NCBI GenBank assembly: GCA_039977295.1
Contig: JBDWDN010000009.1
Location: 337,717-401,716 of the forward strand
Direction of reading: 5' to 3'
DNA: 64,000 nucleotides
From: Hellea sp.
GTDB lineage: Bacteria > Pseudomonadota > Alphaproteobacteria > Caulobacterales > Maricaulaceae
The position numbers and the translations under genes were made by a program. Shown here piece after piece: positions 48,904 through 59,282 of the stretch. Numbering within the stretch: position 1 is the stretch's first letter; the number at the start of each line of letters is the position of its first letter. The notes under the pieces are model-generated. The model was not told the DNA's origin. It saw only the letters and a program-made list of their open reading frames with translations, and ran no database searches.

Positions 48904-51900
48904 ATGACATCATTAATCACAAAGCATAGGGGTTTGAGGTTTCTCCTCGCCCTTGGGCTTTTGATACTCATCACCTATCTTTTCTGGACGTCATCACGCT
49001 ATCCTGCTTTGGATGATAAAGCGATGATGGGCGGTGAAATTCATTTAGAAGATCCGTTAAGTTTTGAAGCGCATTGGACTATTGATCCTAGTTTTCCTGT
49101 TTGGAAGAAAATCCTTCTAACGACTGGCAATTGGTTACACACGAACCGCCAAGGCATGTTTTTTGGTGTCTTGATGGGGGCGATATTTCTGACGTTGATG
49201 CGCTATCTCGGACGCCTTAATTTCAAGAGCGCTTTTATGAATTCGCTATTAGGTATGTTTATTGGCACGCCTTTGGGAGTCTGCGTTAATTGCGCGGCGC
49301 CTATTGCCAAAGGGCTCTATTCTGGGGGCGCTCGCGCCGAAACCATGTTGGCGGCTATGGTCGCCTCGCCTACTCTGAATATTGTTGTCTTGACGATGTT
49401 GTTTAGTATTTTCCCATTCTATATGGCCGTAACAAAGGTCGCGCTATGTATCTTCGTCATACTGGTTATCGTCCCTATTATTTGCCAATTTCTACCAAAG
49501 CATCAGCAGCAATTACCGCTCTCAGAGCAAAGGGTATGCAAGATCCCTGTCCTTGCAAATGGCAGCGAAAACGAAACAATTGGGGCGGCCCTAAAAGGCT
49601 TTAGCCGCGATTTTCTATCAGACTATTGGTATATTTTTAAGCTCACCGTGCCTTTAATGCTGCTCGCGGGCTTCCTTGGGGCTATGGTTGCAACGCTCAT
49701 CCCAATCGAGATGTTAAGCAGCTTAAAATTTGGTGTATTTGGGCTAATCATAATCGCAGTGATTGGCACATTCCTTCCCGTCCCCATCGCATTTGATATT
49801 ATCATTTGCGCCGCATTGCTCGCGGGGGGCTTAGCCGTAGGTTCAGTAATGACCCTGTTATTTACATTGGGCATTTTCAGTATTTATTCGTTTTTTATCG
49901 TCGGGCAATCCGTATCCATTCGGGCCGCTGGCATGCTCTCTCTCGCTATCATAATTATTGGGGTGTCATCCGGATTTTCGGTCGAGACTTGGCATGCAAA
50001 TAAATCCCGTCAAGCCTTGGAAATTTTATCAACGGACGCAGCCCCCCAAGCTCCCACAATCTCTGCGAAAAGGGCCCCCAACATAGATACAGGCGTTTCG
50101 AGCAGCGCTGCGATATCTAAGCTAAACACAAGCGGGTCCGTTATTGAATTGCGCCACAGTGAATTTGCGCCGCGTTCTACCGCCGGGCAGAAACCCTTCA
50201 CAAAATTGGAAGCCTTCACTATTGGACTTGATAAGCCCATCGAATTTACATTTCGCGATATGTGGCCGCCTTTTTGGGAAGGCCGCAGCGTATCAGCTGG
50301 GGATTTTGATAGCGACGGCGATAATGATATCGTTCTCGCATCAACAGAAAAAGGTCTCTATTTTTACAAAAATGACGGCAGCGGAAACTTTGCGTCCTAC
50401 GATGTGCGGTTGGGAGACATCGCCGATTGGCCTATATTTAACGCAGCACTCATCGACTTTAATAATGATGAGGGACTGGATGTCTTTATCGCCACATATG
50501 GGAAAGGTAATTTCATTCTATGGAATGAGAACGGCACATTCTCTCAGGACAGACTAACTCCCGTAGCCAATACGCCCGAAGCCTTATTGTCATTGGCATT
50601 AAGTTTTGGCGACATCGATGGTGACGGCGACATAGATGGGGCGATTGGGAACTGGGCGGCGGGGTGGTATCGCCGCGTACCGGGCGAAGAGTCTCGCAAC
50701 CGCATCATTCGCAATGAAGATGGGCGAATGACGGGAGATAGTTTTTCCGAATTACAAGAACTACCCGGCGAAACCCTGTCTATTCTGCTCAGTGATATCA
50801 ATGATGACCAGTCACTTGATCTATTAGTCGGGAACGACTTTGAGCTTCCGGATATATTTTATTACGGTGTCGGCGACGGCGCGTTTAATCCGATTTCTAA
50901 GGCCGACGACATTATCCCCGTGGCAACAAATACGACGATGGGCATAAAGAGCCATGATTTGGATAATGATCTGATACCCGAAATTTATAGCGTACAAATC
51001 GCTGGCCGCGCCTCAGGAATTTCGCAGCGGCTAAATATGCAGCCCATTGAAAACTACTGCGACGGCATTCAGCAAGCCGATCAGAAAGCTATTTGTCAAA
51101 AAAATATGGATATAAAGACATGGTATAAATCGGGCAATAATTTTGATCCATCTTATGCAGGAAAATGTTTACAGCTTGAGCCTGTCTACCAAGCGCAATG
51201 CAAAGCCATGTTGATTAAAGACCTTGCTATTCAAGCGCAGGACCCGTCAATTTGCGAACTCATTAAAGCCGATCAAGCCGTTGTGCGAAGCTTCTGCGAT
51301 ATACATTTTAAGCCGTCTCCGGTTTTAACCCCAGAAGATTTACGTAACAGCTATCCGCAAATAAAAAAGCGTAATGTTCTCCTAAAACGCGGCAATGATG
51401 GACGTTACACCGACGTGACAGAAACCCATGGACTAGGCGTTGGCGGATGGAGTTGGGATACGAAAATCGCGGATTTCAACAATGATGAATGGCCAGATGT
51501 TTATATTGCAAATGGCACATGGGTGCCCAATGAATTCACCCCGTCCAACATGTTTTATGTGAATGATGGAACTGGAAATTTTTCCGAAATGGCCGCAGAA
51601 TATGGCCTGGAGGATTATCTGATGACCGCGGCCGCCACGCGGCTGGATATGGATCAAGACGGCGATTTAGATATCATCACAATTCCCGTCAATGGTCCGA
51701 TGCAAGCCTATATTAACAACACACAAACCGGCAATGCGATTAGTTTTCGATTGCGCGATGACATAGGCAATAGGTTCGGGCTTGGGGCTAAGATTATTAT
51801 TCATTATGGGCCAGATGGGAAACGCCGCCAAGTCAGAGAAATTCAATCTGGCGGCGGTTTTCAGTCTTTTGACAGTCCAGATGTGCATTTCGGCTTGGGT

Positions 51901-52014
51901 GATTATGATGAAGTCAAACACGTTACTATCAAATGGGTAGATGGTAGCCAGAGCGTCATCACTGAAACCCTTGCTCAGGGCGCGACTTACACGGTGCGCC
52001 GCAAGCGCCCTTAG
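48904..52014 (+). CDS. fusion protein: DUF318 (two-CxxC) permease domain + FG-GAP/VCBS repeats + ASPIC/UnbV domain (second CRTAC1-like protein)
   Basis: The N-terminal ~360 aa are polytopic and contain GVCVNCAAP and AFDIIICAALLAGG, typical of the DUF318 'predicted permease'. The C-terminal ~650 aa have GDFDSDGDNDIVLA, GDIDGDGDIDGAIG, DINDDQSLDLLVGN, DFNNDEWPDVYIANG, DMDQDGDLDII repeats and an UnbV-like end. Track start is a TTG; the first ATG is at 48904. Confidence 0.65.
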   Translation: MTSLITKHRGLRFLLALGLLILITYLFWTSSRYPALDDKAMMGGEIHLEDPLSFEAHWTIDPSFPVWKKILLTTGNWLHTNRQGMFFGVLMGAIFLTLMRYLGRLNFKSAFMNSLLGMFIGTPLGVCVNCAAPIAKGLYSGGARAETMLAAMVASPTLNIVVLTMLFSIFPFYMAVTKVALCIFVILVIVPIICQFLPKHQQQLPLSEQRVCKIPVLANGSENETIGAALKGFSRDFLSDYWYIFKLTVPLMLLAGFLGAMVATLIPIEMLSSLKFGVFGLIIIAVIGTFLPVPIAFDIIICAALLAGGLAVGSVMTLLFTLGIFSIYSFFIVGQSVSIRAAGMLSLAIIIIGVSSGFSVETWHANKSRQALEILSTDAAPQAPTISAKRAPNIDTGVSSSAAISKLNTSGSVIELRHSEFAPRSTAGQKPFTKLEAFTIGLDKPIEFTFRDMWPPFWEGRSVSAGDFDSDGDNDIVLASTEKGLYFYKNDGSGNFASYDVRLGDIADWPIFNAALIDFNNDEGLDVFIATYGKGNFILWNENGTFSQDRLTPVANTPEALLSLALSFGDIDGDGDIDGAIGNWAAGWYRRVPGEESRNRIIRNEDGRMTGDSFSELQELPGETLSILLSDINDDQSLDLLVGNDFELPDIFYYGVGDGAFNPISKADDIIPVATNTTMGIKSHDLDNDLIPEIYSVQIAGRASGISQRLNMQPIENYCDGIQQADQKAICQKNMDIKTWYKSGNNFDPSYAGKCLQLEPVYQAQCKAMLIKDLAIQAQDPSICELIKADQAVVRSFCDIHFKPSPVLTPEDLRNSYPQIKKRNVLLKRGNDGRYTDVTETHGLGVGGWSWDTKIADFNNDEWPDVYIANGTWVPNEFTPSNMFYVNDGTGNFSEMAAEYGLEDYLMTAAATRLDMDQDGDLDIITIPVNGPMQAYINNTQTGNAISFRLRDDIGNRFGLGAKIIIHYGPDGKRRQVREIQSGGGFQSFDSPDVHFGLGDYDEVKHVTIKWVDGSQSVITETLAQGATYTVRRKRP

Positions 52015-53111
52015 GGCATTGGCGTCCAATCGCGGACCATCTTTTGGGCTTCATTTATTTGTCCCGCAGTCATGACGTTCGCAATTTCGGCGCGCGCTTC
52101 ACTGCCATTTTTATGACCTTGCGTGGCTGCCAAATTAATCCACATATATGCAAGGACATAATCCTGCGGCACCCCAACGCCGCCAAAGTAAAGTTGACCC
52201 AAATTATATTGAGCGTCAGGATCTCCGGCCTTTGCCAAAGCTCTAATGTCTTGGAGCGAGTTAGGGGCCTGTGCAGTGTCTTGTCTATTCGCGGTCACCC
52301 CCGATACACCGCCCGCTTTCCTGTACCATCTTTTCGCTTCTTCTTCATCAAGCTTAACGCCAAAGCCATTTTCGTATAAGACGCCCAAATTTGTCATGGC
52401 TGTCGACAATCCATTCTCTGCGGCAAGACGGTACCACTTTGCGGCTATTGAATAGTCTTGATCAACGCCAAGTGCTTTTGTGTAGAGAATCCCTAAGTTA
52501 TTTTGCGCGCGAGCGTTGTTTTGGCCAGCCGCCTTCTCATACCATTTACGGGCCTTTGCATAGTCTTGGGCGGCAGCCTTCCCCTGTTGATATAAAACCC
52601 CAAGACTGACTTGTGATTCCGAATGGCCTTGTTTTGCGGCCAGCTTATATAACCTCACCGACATTCGTGGATCAGCATTTGAAATCAGCTTTTTTTCATG
52701 CAGCAGAGCTAATGAATGCTGAGACAAAGCATCCCCTTGGTCGGCGGATTTTTTAAACCACGTAAAAGCGGTGTCAAAGTTTTGGGCAACGCCCAGGCCA
52801 GATGTATAGAGATCGCCCAATACACGGCCTGCCAAAACGTGACCTTGGATTGCCGCTTTTTTATACCAATAGGCCGCTTGTTCGTAATCTTGCGAGACCC
52901 CTTGCCCATTCAAATATAAACGTGCGAGCCCAGCTTGGGCCTCCATGTCACCGGACGCCGCTAAGGGTTTTAAGCGCGCCAGGAGCTGTTCAAAATCTTG
53001 TTGATTGAGAGCCTCTTGAACGTCTGGCTGCGGCTCGGCGGCGACTGACGGCTGTGCAAGGGAGAGCGCCGTCAATAAGAGGCATGAGCCGGCTATAAGT
53101 TTAACCGTCAT
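52011..53111 (-). CDS. Sel1-repeat (TPR-like) periplasmic protein
   Basis: Signal peptide plus at least seven ~36-aa Sel1 repeats (AQxxLGxxYxxGxGVxQDYxxAxxWYxKAA). Confidence 0.75.
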   Translation of the reverse strand: MTVKLIAGSCLLLTALSLAQPSVAAEPQPDVQEALNQQDFEQLLARLKPLAASGDMEAQAGLARLYLNGQGVSQDYEQAAYWYKKAAIQGHVLAGRVLGDLYTSGLGVAQNFDTAFTWFKKSADQGDALSQHSLALLHEKKLISNADPRMSVRLYKLAAKQGHSESQVSLGVLYQQGKAAAQDYAKARKWYEKAAGQNNARAQNNLGILYTKALGVDQDYSIAAKWYRLAAENGLSTAMTNLGVLYENGFGVKLDEEEAKRWYRKAGGVSGVTANRQDTAQAPNSLQDIRALAKAGDPDAQYNLGQLYFGGVGVPQDYVLAYMWINLAATQGHKNGSEARAEIANVMTAGQINEAQKMVRDWTPMP

Positions 53112-54304
53112 TCGCTCTGATTAGCCTGACGCTCCGTCCAGTTACGCGCATTGGTTTGAGCCTGCGCGATTTGTTCTGGTGTCATTAATTTGCTGTAGAT
53201 TTTGCGATCTTTTATAGCCTCTTTGTTCCCCGATGCCGCTGACAGGTTAAGCCACATATGCGCGGCGATGTAATCCTGCTCAACACCCCTGCCAGTCCCG
53301 TAAGCCCGCCCTAATGCATATTGCGCAGGGCCGTGACCGCTTTCTGCCGCAATGAGATAAAGCTGAGAGGCCATAACATCATCTTGTTTAAGACCGACAC
53401 CCCCAGCATAAAGTCGCCCTAATTTCCAAATGTCCGCCGCGCTTCCCGTTTCGGCCATACGGACATAACGTTCTGCCGCTTGTTCATTCCCCTGCTCTGC
53501 AGCGAGATAAAATAAGTTAGCAGCTTTGGCTGTATCTTTTTCAACATCTTTGCCATGGAAATAGAGAAAGCCGACGACCAATTGGGACTTGTCATAGCCT
53601 TGCTGAGCGGATTTTTCCAAGAGCGCTAAACCTCTTGCCGTATCCGAAGGCATGGCCGCATCTTGTAGCAATTTATACCCGACGATATATTGCGCGCGTT
53701 TATCGCCGCCATCCGCAGCTTTATTGAGCCACCTCAAGCCTTTACCAGTATCTACCGGAACCTCTTGACCTGACATATAAATCATACCGAGCGTATTTTG
53801 CGCTTCTAAATGGCCTTGCTCCGCCGCTTGTTCCATAAAGCGAATGGCCTCTTCCATATTCTTTTCAGCGCCAGATCCGCTCTCTAGCATAAGCCCCGTT
53901 TGAAACTGCGCTTTCGAATAACCCTGTTCTGCAGACTTACGCATCCATGCATAGGCTTCCTTATAATCCTGCGGAACACCTTGGCCGATAATATGCGCCA
54001 TCCCTATGGTATATTGAGCTTCTGGAAGGCGGGATTCTGCGGCCTCCGTTATCCACTTGGCGGCCGTGTTGGCGTCCGGGTCGACCCCTTGGCCTTTTGC
54101 ATACATATTACCGATGAGAAGCTGCGCGGCAGCATTGCCATCATTTGCAATAGGCTCGAGTAATGTCAAAGCCTCAGCATAATTTTGGCTATTATACGCC
54201 TCTTGCGCGGCGACTAAATCGGTGCTTTTTATGTCACTTTGAGAACACCCAGCGCAGAGAAGTGCTGTTATAAAAAGAACTGAAAACCCGCGCCGAAAAC
54301 TCAT
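53108..54304 (-). CDS. Sel1-repeat lipoprotein
   Basis: Lipobox LLCAGCS plus at least eight Sel1 repeats. 4-bp overlap with the downstream Sel1 gene. Confidence 0.75.
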   Translation of the reverse strand: MSFRRGFSVLFITALLCAGCSQSDIKSTDLVAAQEAYNSQNYAEALTLLEPIANDGNAAAQLLIGNMYAKGQGVDPDANTAAKWITEAAESRLPEAQYTIGMAHIIGQGVPQDYKEAYAWMRKSAEQGYSKAQFQTGLMLESGSGAEKNMEEAIRFMEQAAEQGHLEAQNTLGMIYMSGQEVPVDTGKGLRWLNKAADGGDKRAQYIVGYKLLQDAAMPSDTARGLALLEKSAQQGYDKSQLVVGFLYFHGKDVEKDTAKAANLFYLAAEQGNEQAAERYVRMAETGSAADIWKLGRLYAGGVGLKQDDVMASQLYLIAAESGHGPAQYALGRAYGTGRGVEQDYIAAHMWLNLSAASGNKEAIKDRKIYSKLMTPEQIAQAQTNARNWTERQANQSE

Positions 54305-54314
54305 ATAATCTCCC

Positions 54315-55364
54315 TTAAGCGGATTTAATGGCGGCTTCGCTCATGAGAGCGTTCGCAGCGTAAAACTCTTCTTTGCGGGCGCTATCCACCAATTTGAGGA
54401 ACGCGTCCTTATCAACCCTCTTGCCATCATGAAGCACATAATCAACAGGCCCTTGCCCCGGAAACAAAACATCCATGTAAGAATTCATACGGCACATCGT
54501 TCGCGTATTGCCTTCTTTAACGTCTGTAGGTCTTGCATGCATGGTGATGTTTTGGTCCATAAATACGATCTCACCATCGACCCAATCATGATGATAAATA
54601 TGCTCTGGTTTATTGATTAAGTTCCATAAATGCTGACGATATTTCAGGCTGTCCTCGCGGCTCATTCCCCGGAATTTTTTGAAACTATGGCTTGGGAATT
54701 TTATGCCTTTTACCCCTGTCACCGTTTCGGCCAGTAAGGGACAGTCCATATCTGAAAGGGGCGCCGTTCCGTAATGCAGCACATCTCTTTGAGAGGAAAT
54801 GAGGTCTTTACTCATTTTGCCGCCATCCCATTCCGAAACCGTTATAAGTTCATCGACCATTGTTTTATCTTCCATTGGTAATGACGCATAGGCATTCGCC
54901 GTGCAAAGGAAGGAGGTCCGGCTACCTGCGGTGTCCCACAAACTCATTAAGCCCACGACCCGCTGTTTGTCGTCAAATGATTGCTGGTCGCAATGCCAAT
55001 CTAGTGACCCATTAGTAAAAAATCCTGTTGGCTTACCCTTAGAGTTTTTCTCGAAACTGACCCGCGCAATACCTAACCGGTTAGCAAAATGATCCGTTGC
55101 TTTAGTTGTATAGCCCAGATGCAGTTGAATATTGCGCCAATGCCGCCCTGACATTTTGCGCGACATCAATGCCCGGAAAATGAAGGCCGTACAGGGCTGT
55201 CCCCATAGGTTTTGAATATCAAATAATCTCTGCTCGGTGACGCCTTGCTTAACAACAACAACGCATTTACTGGCCACCAATCTCCCTAAGTCTCGGCATT
55301 GGTCATCATCCTGAAGGTCTATTTCCGTGACTTCTGTTCTATTGCTATAGCTTGTTATTTTCAT
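54315..55364 (-). CDS. Fe(II)/2-oxoglutarate-dependent dioxygenase, TauD/TfdA-like
   Basis: WHCD (HxD) and a downstream His (ITMHARP) in a TauD-like spacing; 349 aa. Confidence 0.55.
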   Translation of the reverse strand: MKITSYSNRTEVTEIDLQDDDQCRDLGRLVASKCVVVVKQGVTEQRLFDIQNLWGQPCTAFIFRALMSRKMSGRHWRNIQLHLGYTTKATDHFANRLGIARVSFEKNSKGKPTGFFTNGSLDWHCDQQSFDDKQRVVGLMSLWDTAGSRTSFLCTANAYASLPMEDKTMVDELITVSEWDGGKMSKDLISSQRDVLHYGTAPLSDMDCPLLAETVTGVKGIKFPSHSFKKFRGMSREDSLKYRQHLWNLINKPEHIYHHDWVDGEIVFMDQNITMHARPTDVKEGNTRTMCRMNSYMDVLFPGQGPVDYVLHDGKRVDKDAFLKLVDSARKEEFYAANALMSEAAIKSA

Positions 55365-56500
55365 AGCACGGTGCCCACATCTTGAGCTTCCATTTTATTT
55401 ACAATATCAATCGGCATGTAAAGCCGCATCCAATGCTCAAAAACGGCAATCCATTTTTCAAACTTATCGAGATTTCTGAGGTCTTTATGCAGCACAATAT
55501 ATGAGCCAAGCCCCATGGCATAAGCCTTACAGTCACTACAATCGATATTTGGAGAACAACATTTCCCTTGGTGTTCTTGTTGCTCTACATCGAAATGATT
55601 AAACTTTGCGTTCAATCGATTTCCGCAATTCGTAGCAACACCATTCGCGTCTAAATCATATAATGGCTCATCTTGCGCAATCCAGTCATCATAATGACGC
55701 TCATAGATGACAGTATCAGGGTAAGCCTCTATAGCGGCATCAATTTGCTTGCGCGCCGCGATAAAGTCTGAAGGTTGCATGCGCAGATTTTCGTCTGGTG
55801 TTGACGTAAAAATATAAGCGTCTGAATGCTCCTCGCCGCGTAGACGTTTCATATAATCGACCGTCGCGGAAAAATAACTAAATGTCAGCGGCAGACCAAA
55901 TTCAGCGCATTGCGCGACAACATTTGGGATTTGTTCTATATTTTGATTGCTAATGGTCATGACCATTACGGCCCGAGGGTCGTTTTGATAATTACGCATG
56001 GCTTTTGTAGTCGTATCCGCGCCGCGATATTTCGCAACATTATCCTTATCACCCCAAATTGAAATATGAATACGATAAGGAATTGACCTATCGATACGTT
56101 TGATTCCATTGGTCATAATGATACCGGCAGGAATATGCTTTGCAGCGGCTGCGATGCGGGCTGGCTCCAATGAAGGTTCAGCACCTCCTATATAAGCGAA
56201 ATTAACGCCGCGCTTCGCTTCACTGGCAAAGAAGACGTCCCAGCTTTTATCGTCTGCAGTATCGTCGTAAACTTCAAACTCTCCGCCTGCAAAGTATAAG
56301 CACCCTTCGCAGAATAGATTGCATCTGTTCGAAATATCGTAATTGCTACCAAAATTGCGTCCATGCAAAGCACGAAGCCATTTATATTTTGCCATCAAAA
56401 CCGTACGCCGTTGCGCTGTTGATGACATTTTTACTGCGGACTCCCGCGTCATAATCTGTTCAATAGTCATTGCATGCCCCTGCACCCTATGCGGCGACAT
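55361..56500 (-). CDS. radical SAM enzyme with C-terminal Cys-rich (SPASM/twitch-like) region
   Basis: CNLFCEGC (CxxxCxxC), GGAEP SAM-binding motif, and a C-terminal cluster CGN...CCSPNIDCSDC. 4-bp overlap with the TauD-like gene. Confidence 0.7.
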   Translation of the reverse strand: MSPHRVQGHAMTIEQIMTRESAVKMSSTAQRRTVLMAKYKWLRALHGRNFGSNYDISNRCNLFCEGCLYFAGGEFEVYDDTADDKSWDVFFASEAKRGVNFAYIGGAEPSLEPARIAAAAKHIPAGIIMTNGIKRIDRSIPYRIHISIWGDKDNVAKYRGADTTTKAMRNYQNDPRAVMVMTISNQNIEQIPNVVAQCAEFGLPLTFSYFSATVDYMKRLRGEEHSDAYIFTSTPDENLRMQPSDFIAARKQIDAAIEAYPDTVIYERHYDDWIAQDEPLYDLDANGVATNCGNRLNAKFNHFDVEQQEHQGKCCSPNIDCSDCKAYAMGLGSYIVLHKDLRNLDKFEKWIAVFEHWMRLYMPIDIVNKMEAQDVGTVL

Positions 56501-56704
56501 TAATATAATAAAGGTTACTATGATATAAAAAAGTGCGGGCTCAAAAAAAAAGCATAGTGTTGTTCTTATTTCAAAACACAGAGCATCGAAACACGATATT
56601 CTCGAGCGCTATGCCGCATTGTTAGACATCGGCCTTTAGGCACTTAAGATATTATAGAACCCATCTTGCTATCTTTTACCAAAACCATTGACTGAATTTC
56701 GTGT

Positions 56705-58189
56705 TTGACCATAACACCTTCCATGTCATTTGCGTCCTATGATTTCCTCTTCATGTTCCTGCCCTTGGCAGTTTTGTTTACATGGCTAGCGCTCTCTATA
56801 AATGCCAACCGGTTATTGATCCCTACGATTATCATCACCTCAATCATATTCTACGGCTACACATCTTTCCCGCATCTACTACTACTCTTAGTTTTGATAA
56901 TATTGACGTGGCTCATGGGCGTCATTTATTCTAAATCTGGGAACCCGGCCTTAGGGAAACTCGCCATAGCTATCGGTGTTTTGAGCAATCTTTCTTCGCT
57001 CCTCGTTTGGAAATATGGCACATCCATCATAGAAACTTGGAATCAGATTGGATGGATCCAGGCAACAGATCCAGGCTTAATAATGCCGCTAGGAATTTCA
57101 TTCTACGCCTTGCAGATGATTGGGTTTCTATTGGATTTACAAAGAGGCAAGACGACAACAAGTCCTCTTCCCAGCTTTGCCGCTTTTGTGCTTTTCTTCC
57201 CTCAATTACTCGCAGGACCTATCGTCTCTCATAAACGTATGATGCTCGAATTTGGTAAGTCCCGCACAAATCTTTCAATGGATCAACGCGTTGACATGGC
57301 CTCACTCGGGATAGCTTGGATTGCTATCGGATTATTCAAAAAGGCCGTTATTGCAGATAGCCTCGCGAGAATTACCATCCCCTTGATTGTCGGTGCATCC
57401 GCCAATGATTTAACGATGATCGAAGCCTGGCAGATTGTTCTATCGAGCGGCCCGCGGCTTTATTTTGATTTTTCTGGCTATTGCGATATGGCCGTCGGCA
57501 TCGGCCTACTCTTTGGCATTTCCCTGCCTCATAATTTTAACGCCCCCGGCCGCTGGGCAACCATCACAGATGGCTGGCGGCGATGGCATATCACCTTCCA
57601 CAATTTCTTACGCGATCATGTTTATAGGAATTTAAAAAACCGTTTCGGAGCCTCGCGACTGGGCTTAGGTGTTTCAACATTGATCGTTTTTCTAATTTCC
57701 GCTTTATGGCACGGTAACAATTTGTTCTTTTTAGTTTGGGGGCTGCTCTGCGGCATTTCGTGGGTTATTCTTACGTCTCTGCTCTCGCTGCCGAACTCGC
57801 GCTACAAGGCCATAGCGCAAAAATCTTTAGTCGGGCTATTGTATCTATTCATGCCCTTAATTTTTGTTGTTCCAGACATGAATATTGCGATGTTTGTTGT
57901 GAGTCAGTTAATCGCATTTGATCAATTACCAAACAACCTCTTGTCATTTGAAGCGCAAGGCGGATGGTATCTTGGCGTTATCATCGTCATTATTATTTAC
58001 TTCATCTCAGAGATATCGACTCAAATTTTACTGTCTAACAAATTTGATCATCGAGACCGCACGATATTTGGGCTTCGGCCTCCAGTCTGGGTCCCTGATG
58101 TCAAATGGGCTGTTTTCATTTTGTTACTTTTAGTGATAGCGTTCTACTTTGTTGGCAAAAGTCCACCATTCGTATATTTTAAGTTTTAA
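56705..58189 (+). CDS. MBOAT-family membrane O-acyltransferase (AlgI/DltB/PatA-like)
   Basis: 494 aa, ~10 TM helices, conserved MBOAT His in ISALWHGNN. A TTGACT-17-ATAACA promoter-like element lies upstream. Confidence 0.8.
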   Translation: MTITPSMSFASYDFLFMFLPLAVLFTWLALSINANRLLIPTIIITSIIFYGYTSFPHLLLLLVLIILTWLMGVIYSKSGNPALGKLAIAIGVLSNLSSLLVWKYGTSIIETWNQIGWIQATDPGLIMPLGISFYALQMIGFLLDLQRGKTTTSPLPSFAAFVLFFPQLLAGPIVSHKRMMLEFGKSRTNLSMDQRVDMASLGIAWIAIGLFKKAVIADSLARITIPLIVGASANDLTMIEAWQIVLSSGPRLYFDFSGYCDMAVGIGLLFGISLPHNFNAPGRWATITDGWRRWHITFHNFLRDHVYRNLKNRFGASRLGLGVSTLIVFLISALWHGNNLFFLVWGLLCGISWVILTSLLSLPNSRYKAIAQKSLVGLLYLFMPLIFVVPDMNIAMFVVSQLIAFDQLPNNLLSFEAQGGWYLGVIIVIIIYFISEISTQILLSNKFDHRDRTIFGLRPPVWVPDVKWAVFILLLLVIAFYFVGKSPPFVYFKF

Positions 58190-58193
58190 CACC

Positions 58194-59282
58194 ATGCAGA
58201 AAAAAACTAAGCCTCTTCTCTTCCTTTTCTTCTTTATTGCCATAATTTGGCCTCTGAGCTTTCTGTTGTTCAGAGCTAAATCACCGGAAGACAAAAAAGT
58301 ATCCGACATCGTCGCAAGCCAGGCTTTTTTATCAACATTGCAAAATAAAGATGCAGAGGCCTGTATTGCGATGACCTATATGGACAGCGTCGATGTTATT
58401 ATCTTAGGCAGTTCCGTAGCCTATTCCAACATAGACCCCGTCATATTACCAACGCACTTCGGAGGGCAATCCGTCGCCGTCTGCGCTCTACCAGGATGGA
58501 ACACAGAGTTTTTTGATATGTTCTTTAAGTATTTGGAGGAAAACAATATCGCGCCAAGCCGTATAGTTTGGCTGGCTGACGGCGCTAGTCATTTGAAATT
58601 TAGTGTTCACGAAAAACGCATAGAGAACGCCAAGAGAGCCTTCTTCGACGATGAGTTTCGCAATAAAACAGCAGGGCGCTGGATTGAAAACTTCGAGCTC
58701 GAAAGTCAGTCAAAGGATGCGATAAACGCCTATGACCAACGCATTTCATATCATTCAGGCCAGTTCTCTGATTTAAAGCCTGAAGATGTTACCCAAATAA
58801 TTTTAGAGACTGAGTTCAATTCTGAAACCGCAGCGGCGACAATTTCAAAGACCATAAAACCCGTTCCAGGCAATAAGAAGAAATTGCAAAAATTATGCGC
58901 CAATATTGTTCAGAGAAATATCATTCTGGACGTCATTGTTACGCCAACCCCAACAACATCCGACGATATTTTCACAGACTTTGGTGATGATGGTGAGGCT
59001 TCGACAGAAAAATCGATGGCGGGTTATTACGCCGAGAACATTGGATGTGTTCGATCTGTAATTTCAGATTCTTTAGAAAGTTGGGGATTGGATAATCGTT
59101 ACTTTTTAAATAGACGCCTAAAAGATGACTATCCTTACGACCTCTGGAAAGACCCCGCATCTTTTGGCGCTCAATACGACACCTTTAGCACATTGGAAAA
59201 AAGAAACTTCTACGACACAATCCATTTGAATGGTATCGGCGCAGTAATTTTCACAGAGGAATTGGCCAAGCGCCTAAGGTAA
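58194..59282 (+). CDS. MBOAT-partner protein, DltD/AlgJ-like (N-terminal TM anchor + extracytoplasmic hydrolase-like domain)
   Basis: The ATG at 58194 immediately follows the MBOAT stop. TM anchor, then a GSSVAYSN block resembling the DltD serine motif. Confidence 0.45.
   Translation: MQKKTKPLLFLFFFIAIIWPLSFLLFRAKSPEDKKVSDIVASQAFLSTLQNKDAEACIAMTYMDSVDVIILGSSVAYSNIDPVILPTHFGGQSVAVCALPGWNTEFFDMFFKYLEENNIAPSRIVWLADGASHLKFSVHEKRIENAKRAFFDDEFRNKTAGRWIENFELESQSKDAINAYDQRISYHSGQFSDLKPEDVTQIILETEFNSETAAATISKTIKPVPGNKKKLQKLCANIVQRNIILDVIVTPTPTTSDDIFTDFGDDGEASTEKSMAGYYAENIGCVRSVISDSLESWGLDNRYFLNRRLKDDYPYDLWKDPASFGAQYDTFSTLEKRNFYDTIHLNGIGAVIFTEELAKRLR

Noticed and set aside
56501-56704. Search for a RiPP precursor peptide upstream of the radical-SAM gene.
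   Set aside because: All minus-strand frames give only 4-17-aa ORFs without an RBS or a Cys/Ser-rich core. The region looks like a divergent promoter with a TTGACT-17-ATAACA element for the MBOAT gene.
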